In this document: in pieces, positions 39,150-52,399 of the stretch | Layout of the letters: each line of letters opens with the position of its first letter | How positions within the stretch are numbered: position 1 is the first letter of the stretch | DNA from: Felis catus | Taxonomy: Eukaryota | Length of the DNA stretch: 64,000 nt | Assembly (NCBI RefSeq): GCF_018350175.1 | Contig: NC_058368.1 | Coordinates: 160,644,001-160,708,000 of the forward strand | Direction: 5' to 3' | Notes under the pieces: generated by a model | Seen by the model: the letters and a program-made list of their open reading frames with translations, nothing else | What the model was told of the DNA's origin: nothing | Databases searched by the model: none | Translations under genes and position numbers: made by a program

Positions 39150-39365
39150 TTTCATGTGCTACTGGGGATTATACTATCCATTTTAACACTTTAAATTATC
39201 ACAGCAACACCTTAAGTTAGGTGCTAGTTTTATCTTCATTTTACACATGAAGATTCAGAGGCATAAGGAGGTTAAGTGACATCTCCAAAGTCTTATGGGT
39301 AGTAAGTGGCAGAACCCAGAATTTGAGCTTAGATGGTCTAATTCTAGAATCTGTTCTCTTAATTC
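39150..39365 (-). mobile_element. MIR
   Basis: cattttacacatgaagattcagaggcataaggaggttaagtgac...agtaagtggcagaacccagaatttga. Confidence 0.85.
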
Positions 39366-40054
39366 TTTGCTCATTGCTTTAAATAATCATATAGAATGCC
39401 TGAGTCCATACCACAAATATACATAAGAGGACACCTGAAAAGCAATGAAAAAAACAGGTGTCCAAGAAACCCCATTTAACACCATCTGGCTGGGTGATAA
39501 AAGGCAACATAAATACTTTTCATTGGATTGGAATTTTGCAATTCTCAAGTGATTTAACATATATTCTAACATTTAGTTGCAACTTTTTGAGGGTGATGCA
39601 AGTTATTTTTAATTCTATTTTATAAATGACTGAATGTAAAAGAGGCGAAGTCTCACTTTAATAACTTGACCTTTTCTATGGATGGATTTTATCCCTACCC
39701 AAGTCCTCTATCCATCAGGTAAGTTAGGCAAATATTACCTTAATTGATTTACACATTTTAAGATCTCTGGGATTGCCATCTCTGGATTTGGAGATGTTTG
39801 AAATAGAAAACTTCTGGCTGAATGGATTTGACTAAATATTTTGAGACAGCAAGAGTTCTAAAGTGAAAAAAGAGGTAAAATTAATGGCTGAAGTAAAATT
39901 TATTGATTCAGGTATTACCATAATTTTGGTGAAATAACAGAGCTATATATGTATGCATATAAAAGGATGTGACAACAAAATCTTTATTAAGTATCAGTTT
40001 TTACATGTTTATTTTGCCCCTTTCCCAGCCAACTCCACACAGTCCTTTCCTTAC

Positions 40055-40163
40055 CTTGTAAGGAAAATTGTCTCTGTAACTAAACTTTATTGAGTTAATG
40101 GTGCAGTAAGCGGAGATAAGGAATTTGAGATGCCCAGGGGTGAGGTGTAAAAAATATATATTC
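40055..40163 (-). pseudogene. Candidate exon 109 nt, phase 2-0 (alternative acceptor at 40182)
   Basis: tccattttcccag|G...TACAAG|gtaagg. Open frame NIYFLHLTPGHLKFLISAYCTINSIKFSYRDNFPYK (part of ORF 40001..40369). Confidence 0.45.
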
Positions 40164-41364
40164 CTGGGAAAATGGAAAACACCTGGAAGGGAAAGACTTA
40201 TGATGGTAGATAGCAGTGGGATAAAGATGTGAGGAGAGACCAGCAGTATAGTAAAGAGAAAAGAAATTTTTGAGAAACAGGAGAGGGAGGCAAGAAATGA
40301 AGAGATATCAGCAGCTGCTGTTAGAAGTAATTTTGAAGAAAAGGGAGAAACTTCATAGGTGTTCATCAATGGTAGTTAAATGTGTGTGTGGGTGCATGTG
40401 CCCATGCTACAAGGTTGCAGAATTTTGTATTGGTTTATGTGCCTGTATAGCATTTGATATTTTTGTGAGCTTGCCTTATATATAAACCAAGAAAGGATTC
40501 TTTTATTTAAGTTAAAGGAGAGTGATTAAAACAACAGAACATTTGTGAGGTCTTGCTCTCCTTTGTTTTGTCATCATCTGTGTCCACTGATTTCTTAGTG
40601 TCTTTGCTTCCCTATCAAGTGTAGAAGAATTGCTATTTCTTTCCACAGTATACTACTGTGTAGATGAATTAATACCTCTCAAATGATATTCTAGCTTTCA
40701 AAGTCTATTGCTCTGTGATTAGGCTATTGTTCCATATTCCCATTCAGCTGAACAATGTACTCTTATCTGTAGGGATCATTACACAAGATGCTAACCTGAT
40801 TTCAGTCTCTGGTGACAGAAAGGCAGGGACACTACTTTGTCTCCTTTGGATAAGGAAGATGTAATATCTTGTATATAGAGAACAAATTGACCTTGAATAC
40901 TATAGTTAATTAAATGAAGACCATAATTGAATGCCAGTTTGCACTAAAAAATGGTCTGCCACCTTCCAAGATTCATCTAAGAGCAATTGAGACAATGTGT
41001 AGGTGTTTATGGGCTCGACATTAGGTCATTGCAAGTATTCTATTAGCAATTACCACCTTTATTATACTGCTTACAAAGAATGTTAAGCTTTCTTCCTGCT
41101 GCATGTGCATATTTCTTAATATCATAGAAAGTATGCTGAGCATTGATTTAAAAGTTACTATGGACTCAAGTCATCTGTGACAACTAAGTCACTGATTTTA
41201 GGAAGGATTCTGGAGAAATCTATACACCCTACAATTTGGAGCATAAATTTCCTGGCATATGCCATTAGTAATGTTTTCTACTGCTGAAAATAGTGGATAT
41301 TTACAATGTAATTATTAATTCTAAGGAACAATTGCCAGCAGTAGTGCTGTTTTGTTCCATAAGA

Positions 41365-42775
41365 TGTTTGTTAATACTTTCAGGTGTACAATTCAGTGAT
41401 TCAACACTTCCATACAACACTCAGTGCTCATCGCTAGTGCACTCCTTAACTCTCAACACCTATTTCATCCATCCCCCCACACACCTCCCCTCTGGTAACC
41501 GTCAGCTTCTCTCTGTAGTTAGGAGTCTGTTCCTTGGTTTGCCCCTCACTCTTTTTTCTTCCTTTTTCTCATTTTTTTAAGTCCACATATGAGTGAAATC
41601 ATAGGTATTTGTCTTTCTTTGAATGACTTATTTCACTTAGCATAAAACTATCTAGCTCTGTCCATGTGGTTGCAAATAACAAGATTTTATTCTAGCTCAT
41701 GGCTGAGTAATATTACATTGTGTATATCCATTTCTTTATCTTCTCATCAGTTGATGGACATGGGCTGTTTCCATAATTTTGCTATTATAAATAGTGCTGC
41801 AATAAACACTGGGGTGCATGTATCCCTTTGAATTAGTATTTTTGTGTTCCTTGGGTAAATACCTGGTAGTGCAATTGCTGGATGGTAGGGTAGTTCTATT
41901 TTTAACCTTTAAGGAACCTTCATACTGTTTTCCACAGGGACTGCACCAGTTTGCATTTTCACCAATAGTGCAAGAGCATTCCCCTTTCTCCACATCCTCA
42001 CCAGTACCTATTGTTTTTTATGTTGTTGGTTCGAGCCATTCTGATAGGTGTGAGGTAATTTCTCATTGTAGTTTTGATTTGTATTTCACTGATGATGCGT
42101 GATGTTGAACATCTTTTCATGTGTCTGTTAGCCATCTGGATGTCTTCTTTGGAAATGTCTATTCAGAAAACATATCTTCTGCCCATTTCTAAACTAGCTT
42201 GTTTGGTTTTTGGGTGCTGAGTTTGATAAGTTCTTTATACATTTTGAATACTTTCCCTTTATCTGATAAGCCATTTGCAAATATCTTCTTCCATTCCATA
42301 GGTTGCCTTTTAGTTTTGTTGATTTGTTTCCTTCACTGTGAAGAAGTGAAATCCTAATAGTTTATTTTTACTTTTGTTTTCCCTGCCTCAGGAGACATAG
42401 CTAGAAAGAAATTGCTACAGTTGATGTCAAAGAAGTTGCTTCTATGTTCTCCTCTAGGATTTTTATGGTTTCATGTCTCCCATTTAGGTCTTTAATCCAT
42501 TTTGAATATGTTTTTGGGTATGGTGTAGGAGAGTGGTTTAGTCTCATTTTTCTGCATGTTGCTGTCCAGCTTTCTAACACCACTTGTTGAAAAGACTGTC
42601 TTTTTCCCATTGGATATTCTTTCTTGCTTTGTTGAAGATTAATTGACCATATTGTTGTGAGTTCATTTCTTGGTTTTCTGTTCCATTGATCTATGTGTCT
42701 ATTTTTATGCCAGTACCATAAATTGACAAGGAAGGAGTAAAACATTCACTATTTTCAGATGACACAATACTCTAT
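41365..42775 (-). mobile_element. Truncated carnivore L1 with short 5' inversion (42721-42775 in + orientation)
   Basis: Antisense 3'UTR/ORF2 to 42720, then a sense fragment encoding the RT FADD region. Confidence 0.93.
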
Positions 42776-43606
42776 TACCTATTACATTTTAACTTACAAA
42801 ATCAAATGTCATCTAGCCTGGGATGTTCCTCAAATTAGGCTAAGCCATATTTCTTAGCCCTGAAATATTGGTGGCCTAAGTTTATTTCTCCAGAGAAGCT
42901 CCCTTCCAAGCGAATTTTAAGGTTTTTCAGTATAAACATGAAGCTTTCAAGGTCATTGTCATAGTCTGAGTAAGATAGAGAGTAGATCAGGTATTTTTAA
43001 ATGTCTCAGCCAAGAAGTGACAGTTGTGAGTTTTGTTTATAATTCACCAGCAGGAACTAGCCACATTGCCCTAATTGTAAGCAGGCTGGAGACTTTTGTC
43101 TTCTGGGTATCCAGGAAAGAGAGGAGAAATGAATAATGATGAGAGTTGGTAATTGCCACCACCCCCAGAAGGGCATCACTGCATTTATCCCAATAAAATT
43201 ACATATGATTTTTGCTTGCTATTAGCAAAGCTTATTGGACTTGTGATTTTTTTGAGCCCACAGAAGTAAGTTCTATAGGATTGGGATATCTTGGTTTTCT
43301 CACAAACTTCTTTAGGCTGCCTTGATCCTGTTAATTCCTAGTTACTGAAGGTTGACTAAACTTAAAATTTCCTTGCTTTTGCTATCATGGGGATTAGGAG
43401 ATGAGAACTGAACATTTATGACAAAATTCACATGACAGTTTATTTTAAATTATTACTTGTATAAGGAGAGGAAACAAGTGTTTATCATTATTAACCACTA
43501 ATATTTGATGAACACCTATTGGGTGCTTATCATTCTAAGAAGACTTGATGATGGTAGTAGACGGTTTAGAAAAACCTGTAAGATTAAAAAATAAACTGTT
43601 TTAGGC

Positions 43607-43770
43607 CAGGAGTTTTAAACTATGGTATACCTTATAGCATCCAGATGACTTTTAGTGGGGTACATATGAAACCCTGAAGTTGTATGCAAAATTTTGTAGA
43701 TATGTGTATATGTATATTTTTTCCAGTATTCTCAAAAGGATCAGTGATTTAAAAAAAAGGCTTAAATATG
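43607..43770. mobile_element. hAT-Charlie MITE (Charlie4z-like)
   Basis: ccctgaagttgtatgcaaaattttgt...attctcaaaaggatcagtgatttaaaaaaaagg. Confidence 0.7.
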
Positions 43771-44799
43771 TTAATTAGGAGAACATCTTTGTTTTATATT
43801 TAAGGGCACAGGAGAAACAGAGTGAACAGGATTTGAAGTAAGAAATGAAAATGTCTTGCAATCATCTTAGGTCACCAGCTTTTAAGTTTGGTATTCTATC
43901 TTTTGAGTAATTATTTCACGATATCAGTATGGAACTTAAGGCTTGGCATTCTCATTGGGCTCTATGGTCCAAAAAAAAACTCCTTTTAGATTTTTTTTTT
44001 TTGACCCAGCAATAAACTGTTTGCTTTTGGATTAAGCTTTTCTGTATTTTTTTTACCCTCAGTGGCTCACTTATATCTTCAGCATTAACTTAGCAGTATT
44101 GCATTTATATGTAAATTTAATAAAATGAGGGAAAATATATTCATAGATATTTTAGGTTGCTTTAAGAATAAAATATTTTAATAAATTTATTTTTGTGTTT
44201 CTTTTAATATGAAATAGTTCCACTTTTTCTATTAGCAATTCAGGAATAAAATATATGGTATGACCAGTAAGACTTGCCTAGAGCATGAATAAAACAACAT
44301 CTGTGAATCTGTAATAGTGAATTAGCTTTTGGGTCTTATAGGGACACAGAAACTGGGTTGAGAATAATGCTGTGACTAGTTAACAGAAATGATGAATTTG
44401 AACACATTTTCCTTTCCACTGATTAAAAAAAAAATTACCAGAACATCTCTACTTCAGTTCTTACAAATTTATCTTAGTGTAGGATATCTTTTCTGTGACT
44501 ACTTCCTTCAAAGCATGAAAAGGCTCAATTTTCAGAGTAACATCCTTATTTTTGTCCCCAGTGTGCTACTACTTTTTAAGTCTTACCTTTTGAAAAATAA
44601 GTATGGCAATTAGACCTGCCTCATATTCACATTGACTAGTTGAAGTAAATCCACGGCAGCTGTTTTAGAAGCAAAGACACTACATTATGGAACTGGTGAA
44701 GGAATAGAGCTATTTGTAAACACGTACATATTGAACAAAATTTATTCGGAGGGAAAAAAAGAGAAAAACTGAAGGTAAAATTATTATATATAATTATTA

Positions 44800-45030
44800 T
44801 TTTAGGTTTATTTATTTATTTTGAGAGAAAGAGAGAGAGAGTGAGATTGAGAGAGAGAGAGAGAGAGAGCAGGGGAGGGGCAGAGAAAGAGGAAGAGAGA
44901 GAATCCCAAGCAGGCTCTGTGTTGTCAGCACAGAGCCCAGTGCGGGGCTCGATTTCAGGGACTGTGAGATCATGACCTAGGCAGAGATCAAGAGTCAGAC
45001 ATTTAACTGACTGAGTCACCCAGGCACCCC
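44800..45030 (-). mobile_element. Can-SINE
   Basis: Consensus body. Confidence 0.95.
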
Positions 45031-45611
45031 TAATTCTTTAAAAAATTTTTTTTTTTTACCACAACCATTATTTCTTGAAAATTAAAAATGGGACCTTTAT
45101 CAAATCTAAATATGATAGTATTTAGATTTGTGCCTTCTATGAGATGAGTTTGTCATTACCAGAACACTTGTGTGGAGACCCAAAGACATTTCCTCATGCC
45201 CAGAAAAATATTGTTTAGTCTTATAATCAGAAAACAAGAATAGATGGAAAGATAATGTTTATGGCATGGTTTCTTTTTATTGCAAGATACTCTATGGTAG
45301 TTATTAAAATGCTATGTAATATGGGTCAGTCTCCCTGACTCTCTAATTTAGCAGTTAATATTGGACACATCCTGAATACATTCTTTTTTTAATAATAAGA
45401 ATTATAACAAGACTTCTTTCAAAATCAAGTAATGTAAATATTAGTCACTCTCCTCAGATAGGAAATATAAGATCCAAGCATTTTGCTAACTTTAATCCTA
45501 TTAGATAATTTTGTCTTTTTTATTATACTATGTGTCTGTAGTGCACATATTTTTCATATTCAGTAGACAAATAGAATACAAAAATCAAAACATGAAAATG
45601 TGTCTACTCAC

Positions 45612-45644
45612 TTCTGATATCTCAGATGATGATTTGGCATGGAC
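45612..45644 (-). pseudogene. Candidate 33-nt exon, possibly carrying the start codon
   Basis: gcttttctttggtag|GTCCATGCCAAATCATCATCTGAGATATCAGAA|gtgagt. Open as (S)MPNHHLRYQ or VHAKSSSEISE. Confidence 0.5.
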
Positions 45645-46785
45645 CTACCAAAGAAAAGCAGCTAAAGAAAAAAAAATCATCAAGCTTAGTGAACAGTCTT
45701 TCTCTTAACTCCAATTTTCTACATATGTTGCTTAATTGATGTACACTATGCTGTTATCTCAAAATTGTTTACTTTTCTGACAAAAGTGTTTAATGTAGCC
45801 TCTCACACATGAATGAGAGTGTTGGTTATGAGAATGCAAATAGTGAACAAAAGGGAAAGACTTAAGTAATGAGAAAATTTAAATAATAAAACACTTTGAA
45901 AAAAATGAAAAGGGAATCAAGCCCGAAGAAATCACAGTTTTATGTGAGACACGGCTACAAAAATAAATTAATTAATAACAATGAAAGATTCACACATCAC
46001 CGTTACCATATCCTTTAAATGGAATTGAAAAGCTTTTGCCGTAGATTGAAATTAACAACTATAAAACCGAGTATAGGAGGATGCCATTTTGTAGCATCTG
46101 TTCTCACTTGGCACCATATGAGCAATTTCTTTATGAGGTAATTGGCCAAACAACAAATGTTGAGTTTCTATTTTAAGCCAATACATAAAAAAAAAGAAAA
46201 ACAGGACAATGAACTATAGTTATTCACCTATAAGGTTAACATAATATTCTTCTTTCCAACTTATCTCTTTCCACTTCAAATAGCCACAGTGCTTACTACA
46301 TATAATTCCACCAAACAACGTATAAGAACTTTTTAAAGGTAAAGCACTGCATTTATTATAGTGTTATTTATCAGAAATTTAGGATGTTTAAAACTGGCGA
46401 TTTTTTACTGGTTGGTTTTTACTTAAGGTACTATTTGTGAGTCTTTGTAGGTTCTTGGTGCTCTATATCTGTTTCCCAAAGTTACTTATTTGCGGAACTT
46501 TATAAAAAATATATGTACATATATAAAATATTCATACGTAATTATGTAATATATAACTATATATTACATAATTATTTTATATGATATATTATTATATATC
46601 ATATATATAATAGAAAAATAGTATTTGGGTGACCAACCTAGTTTTTTGATAAAAATATATTTTTTATATGTGGGGAGAAAAAATAAATATAATTACAAAT
46701 CTATCCTAACTTTTGAATATATATTCTTCATTAGATTATACATTTTTTGTAGGACAAGGTTTATATTTTGTTCGTTTTGCAACTT

Positions 46786-47016
46786 AAAAAAAATTTTAAT
46801 GTTTGTTTATTTTTGAGACAGAGAGAAAGAGAGACAGAGTGCAAACATGGGAGGGACAGAGAGAGAAGGAGACACAGAATCCAAAGCAGGCTGCAGGCTC
46901 TGAGCTGTCAGCACAGAGCCAAACAAGGGGTTCTAACTCATGAACTGTGAAATCATAACCTGAGCTTAAGTTGGATGCTGTTGACTGAGCCACCCAACCC
47001 CCCACCCACCTCCCCA
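46786..47016 (-). mobile_element. Can-SINE (feline type)
   Basis: TSD gttttgcaactt at 46774-46785 and 47017-47028. Confidence 0.95.
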
Positions 47017-47219
47017 GTTTTGCAACTTTAGACACTGCTCACCAAATAGTAATTGCATATTGTTTTTAAATGAAATTAAAGAGAAAAAGACTTCTCAGAA
47101 AATACATTCCTCCCATTTCACAAACTATGATTGTTGGCCATTTTTAGAGGTATACATTATTGGAAGCTCTCAGCAGCATCTCTGAATATCTCATCATTGA
47201 TTTTCTTTTTTCTCATAAA

Positions 47220-47530
47220 TTAAATGGTTATAAGTTGATGACCCCCTTTCTCCTACTACAGCTAAGAACTATAATATTCCCTTGAGAGTCCTACAGGCAT
47301 CTCAAATTAAGCATGCTTAAAACTGAACTTCTTAATTATTCCCCAAATTATATGTCAATACCAATTGTTTAATCCACATCTCTGGCAATATTTTGACTAT
47401 TCCCATTTCCCAGTCTCATACAAATCCTAATGATTCTGCCTTCCTGTCACCTTTCAAATTCATGTACTTTTTTTTATCTCCTATTATTCTAGCTGGCTGT
47501 CTACTGATATCTCTTACTTAGGTAACTTCA
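47220..47530 (+). mobile_element. LINE-2 fragment
   Basis: caggcatctcaaattaagcatgcttaaaactgaact. Confidence 0.75.
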
Positions 47531-47559
47531 ATAGTATGACTAAACTTGAAATAACTTTG

Positions 47560-47754
47560 TCTTTTTTTTAAGTTTATTTATTTATTTTGAGGGAAAGAGG
47601 GGCAGAGAAAGAGGGAGAGAGAGAGAATCCCAAGCAGGCTCTGCACTGTCAGCACAGAGACTAACACAGGGCTTGATCTCATGTTTTGTGAGATCATGAC
47701 CTGAGCCAAAATCAAGAGTCAGACACTTAACTGACTGACCCACCCAGGTGCCCC
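47560..47754 (-). mobile_element. Can-SINE
   Basis: Consensus body. Confidence 0.95.
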
Positions 47755-48212
47755 AACTTCTCCTTTCAACATAAAACAAGTTCCTTATTGTTAATCTCCC
47801 ACTCTGTCTAGTGATCATGTGAGATGCTCTAATGAACCCTGTCTTCAAAAATTCTGGTGATTGAATAGCTGTTTCAAGGGACATTGCAAAACTTCATTGA
47901 GGTTACATTAGATGGTCAGGGGAGAAATAGAAAATGTCTTACCCCTAGCTATTAATGATATGATGATGCTTACATTTATTCACTTATCTTCTTAAGATGG
48001 GTAGCAATTCCAGCTGAATCTTGCTCAGAAATTAAACAAAGCATACTTACTGTTTGAACTCAGGCAACAGGGAAATATATTAAAACTAACTATCTAGAAA
48101 TTTTCTACTAATAAATTTCTCTACAATCATTGCCTTCACTTCCAACACACTTGTAAGGTTAACACAAATATAAAACTAAATATTAAATTTCAGAGATAGA
48201 ATAGGGATTTTC

Positions 48213-48387
48213 AGGGCACCTGGGTTGCTCAATCAGTTGAACATTGAACTCTTGATTTCAGCTCTGGTCATGATCTCACAGTCATGAGATTGATCCCCAA
48301 GTGGGGCTCTGAGCTGGCTGTGAAGCCTGCTTGAGAGTCTCTCCCTCTCCCTCTGCCCTTCCCCTTCTCTCCCTTTCTAAAAAAATA
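48213..48387 (+). mobile_element. Can-SINE (older type)
   Basis: TSD aatagggatttt at 48200-48211 and 48388-48399. Confidence 0.93.
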
Positions 48388-48619
48388 AATAGGGATTTTA
48401 AAGTTCTCTAAATTACACAGACAACTCTGAAATAAATATAATTATTTGAACTAATAAAGATGGCAATTCTAGGAACACAGAAGCAATGGAACTCAGCTTT
48501 CATGAAAATGGAAGTCAAAATTAACTCAGTTAATAATGTCTCAAAATACACTTATTTTTATCACTATGGCAAAAACTCAAAAAAACGAGTCAAGATAAAG
48601 TATAAATGTTAAGAGAACA

Positions 48620-48920
48620 TTTAAAAGTATGAACTTCCAGTTATGAGATAAATAAGTATTAGGATATAATGTACAACCTGACAACTATAGTTAACATGGC
48701 TATATGATATATAGGAAAGTTGTTAAGAGATAAGATACTAAGAGTTCTTATCACAAGGAGAATTTTTTTCTTTCGTTTTATTGTATCTGTGTGAGATGAT
48801 GGATATAAGCTAAATGTGTAATGTTAATCATGTCATAATATAGTTAAATCAAACCATCATGCTATTTACCTTGACTTATATAATGATATATGCCAATTAT
48901 TTCTCAAAACTGGAAAAAAA
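48620..48920 (+). mobile_element. L1MA/L1MB-type 3' end
   Basis: aacttccagttatgagataaataagt...aagttgttaagaga...caattatttctcaaaactggaaaaaaa. Confidence 0.85.
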
Positions 48921-49813
48921 TTTAAGAAGAGTAAAAGGTATGTTAATGGACTATGTAAATTAAAAAGGAAATCCTACATTGGATAGTTCCAATCAGAGTA
49001 TTTCCATTGAAGACATCTGTATAATACGATGCCCTATATACCTATGACTGAAAGCTATATTTCATTAAATTATTTGTAAGGTTTGATGTTCTCAATGCTT
49101 GAAATGACATTATTTGTTTTTTTTTGGAAATAGCCAATTTTTACTCAAAAGAGCACATATTCAATATTCCTTCCTGTGGGAAATTTTAGCATTCAGTCTA
49201 ATATTGGCTTCTCCTGCTTGTAGGAGGACCTCTTTGGTTACTGTCCCACAAAAAATCATCTTTTAATACTATGACCAGGATTTCTGCTCTTGTTTCCTTT
49301 CAATGTATTTGTTCTGCAATGTCAGGCAGGAGTGACAGACAGTGGTGCAGCTAAGATATCCACGTGAAAGGGCTGAAGCACACCAGTGATTTTTTTTCTG
49401 CAGGATCCTGGACCACAGAATAGTACATTTAGGGATAAAAGTTTCTTTTTTGATGCTCTTCCTTTTTAATGTAGATGTGTTTCTGAACTATATTATTTTT
49501 CTTCTCTCTGAAGATCTTCTTTTAACATTTCTTCTAAGGCGTAAATATCTCTCAGATTTGTTTGTCTGAGAAAGTCTTTATTTCTCCTTCACTCTTGAAG
49601 TAAAATTTTGCAGGGTACAGATTTCTGTTTTTTTTTTTTTCCTCTTAACACTTTTAAATGTTTAGCTTACTCTGTTTTGTTTTGCACAGTTTCTGAGAAG
49701 TCGAATGCAATTCTTATCTTTGTTCCTCTACAGGTAAGCTGTTTTTCCCCCCTGGTTTCTTTCAGAAGACTTTTTTTTGTATCTTTGATTTTCTGTAGTT
49801 AGAAAAAGATATG

Positions 49814-49884
49814 AATATATATATATATATATGTATGTATATGTATATATGAATATATATATGTATATGTATATGTATATATGA

Positions 49885-49928
<44 letters not shown>
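49814..49928. repeat. (TA)n/(TG)n microsatellite
   Basis: Direct reading. Confidence 0.97.
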
Positions 49929-49931
<3 letters not shown>

Positions 49932-50220
49932 CATGCATTTATCTTGCTTGATGTTTGTGTGTCTGGTGTCTGTGATTTGGTATCTGACATTAGTTTGGGG
50001 AAATTCTCATTGTTTCAAATATTTCTTCTTTTACTTTATTTCCTCTCCTTCTGGTATTCCTATTACACATATCTTTTGTAGTTTCCCACAATCCTTGGAT
50101 ATTCTGTACCTAGCCACCCCACCACCCCATCCCACCCCATTGACTTTTGTTCTCTTTGCTTTTCAGTTTTGGAGGCTTCTGTTGAGATACTGTATCCTCA
50201 AGCTCAATTTTTTTTCCTCC

Positions 50221-50386
50221 AGGCACCTAGATGGCTTAGTAGGTTAAGTGTCCACTCTTGCTTTCAGCTCAGGTCATGACCTCAAGGTTGTGAGATCAAG
50301 CCCTATGTCAGACTCTGAGCTGGACCTAAAGACTCCTAAGATTCTCTCTCTCCCTTTCCCTTTGCCCCTCTGCTTCTGTGCTCTCT

Positions 50387-50468
<82 letters not shown>
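50221..50468 (+). mobile_element. Can-SINE whose tail became a (GAAA)n microsatellite (50388-50468)
   Basis: Older-type body followed by about 20 GAAA units. Confidence 0.92.
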
Positions 50469-50469
<1 letters not shown>

Positions 50470-52353
50470 TCTTTCCTCAGTCATGTTCAGTCTATTAATA
50501 AGGACACCAAAGCACTCTTTATTTCTGTTACAGTGTTTTTGATCTCTAGAATTTCTTTAATTCTTTCTTAAGATTTTTGCATTTTTGCATGCTATCTATT
50601 TTATCCATTAGATCCTTTAGCATGTTAATTATAGTTGTTTTAAATTTCTAGTCTGGTAATTTCAACATCTCTGCCATGCCTAGTTCTGATGCTTGCTCTG
50701 GTTCTGTGACATGTGATTTTTGCCATTTAGTATGTTTTGTAATTTTTTTCTTGATAGCCAGACATGATGTACTAGATAAAAGAAACCACTATAAATAGGC
50801 CTTTAGTGATGTGGTGGTTCAGTATTGGAACAAGGAAAGCATTCTGTAGTTTTGTGATTAGATCTCAGATTTTTAGTGAGTCTGTGCCTATAGACTGAAC
50901 TCCACGAGTGTTTCTGTTTTATCTGCCCCTTTAGTGGGAGAAGATGTCTAGAGTGGGCTGGAGTTGGAATTTCTCTTCTTCCACATAGAAGGCTAGAGCT
51001 GACTAGAGGTATTTCCCTTTTCTCAGTTTGGTAGGCCCTGATAATACCATAGCAAGGTAGGTTCTAGGTAACTAGTTTCTCCTGAGAGTAGGCCTTGATA
51101 AGAACAGAGTGCTATGGCATGTTTCAATATTATTCCTCTTCCCTGCTGGAAGCACAGATTTTTCTGAGATATTTATTGAAGGAAATTGGTCAAGCATCTG
51201 GAGATAAATCTCAAAAAATTGTGAGGCCCCAGGCTGAAGATTTTAAATCTCAGACTTGTCTACAGTGAGCCTTCTGCAGTCTGACAATTATAAGTCAAAA
51301 TTTTTTACCCTATTTTTACAAATAGGCACTGGTTTCTGCCTACTTGTCAGTTGGTTCCTCTCTCTGTCTCTTCAATCTACCTTTGACTTGGGGACACTGG
51401 TTTGCTCTGTGTCATCACCTCTCTCTCGGATACTAGAATATCATTGATTTTTCAGTATGTTCAGTTTGTTACTTATTAGGATGGTGTGGTGACTTCCAAG
51501 CTCCTTACCTGTGAAACTGGAAAGGGGAATTATTCAATGACACTATTTTCTAACACTAATTTTCTCATTTCTGTTGCTAGAATTTAGATAAAATGTCAGT
51601 TTCTGTGCAAATACCTTTGCACCTTTGCAAATACCTTTGTTGAATTCACTTATTAATTCTAATAGTTTATCTGATTTTTTTCAGCATTTACAATCATATG
51701 CCTATGAATAATATTTTGTTTCGCCATTTTTATAGATTATTCCATTGTTGCTACTAAACCTGTTTCTGTGAAAAAGTCAGCCTGTAAGTCTTAATGAGAC
51801 TGCTTAAAATAATTATTTTTATACCTCTTGAATTTATGACTTTCTGTTTGTATTTGGTGTTCATTGATTTCACAATTATGTGTCCCATCGTGGTATTATT
51901 TTTACTAACCCTGTGAGTTTTTCTAGTACTTACTAAATCTGTGTTTTTAAGTCTCTTAATTTCTGGACAATGTTGGCCATTATCTTACTATAAACATTTC
52001 TTTATATCATCTGTGTCCTTTTCTGAGACTTCAAATAAGCAGATGTCCAGCATTTTCACCATGTGCTATATGACCTCTATGATGTTTTCTATATTTACTC
52101 TTTTTGGTTAAGTTGGATTATTTTACTCTTAATACCTTTTAGTTTTATAGCCATTGGATTCTCTTCTGATTTAATGTTATTATGCTCATCTGTTTAATTC
52201 TTATTATATTTTTCACTTCTAAAATTTCAGTTGATTTTCTAAAATTTTAAATTACCTTCTAAAATTCTCCATATTATCTAATTTGTTAAATATTATTATT
52301 TCAATAATCTAAAATATCTTTCAAAAGATACCAACATATAGATTCTTTATAAA

Positions 52354-52399
<46 letters not shown>

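Larger units (their letters stand above)
1..45644 (-). pseudogene. Unprocessed (intron-containing) decayed gene, tentatively a TOPAZ1-like paralog; runs off the left edge
   Basis: Chain of minus-strand exons, most with canonical splice sites and mutually compatible phases: 45612-45644, 40055-40163, 25835-25881, 17334-17475, 10841-12083, 1016-2272, 848-929, 750-771, ~480-552, 169-~410, <1-86. Multiple in-frame stops. The family assignment is from recalled protein similarity only. Confidence 0.7.

Noticed and set aside
38405..39724. Plus-strand donors AAG|gtgagt (38432) and CAG|gtaagt (39719) as micro-exons
   Set aside because: Upstream acceptors are weak (GAG or AAG with short pyrimidine tracts) and no coherent exon chain could be built.
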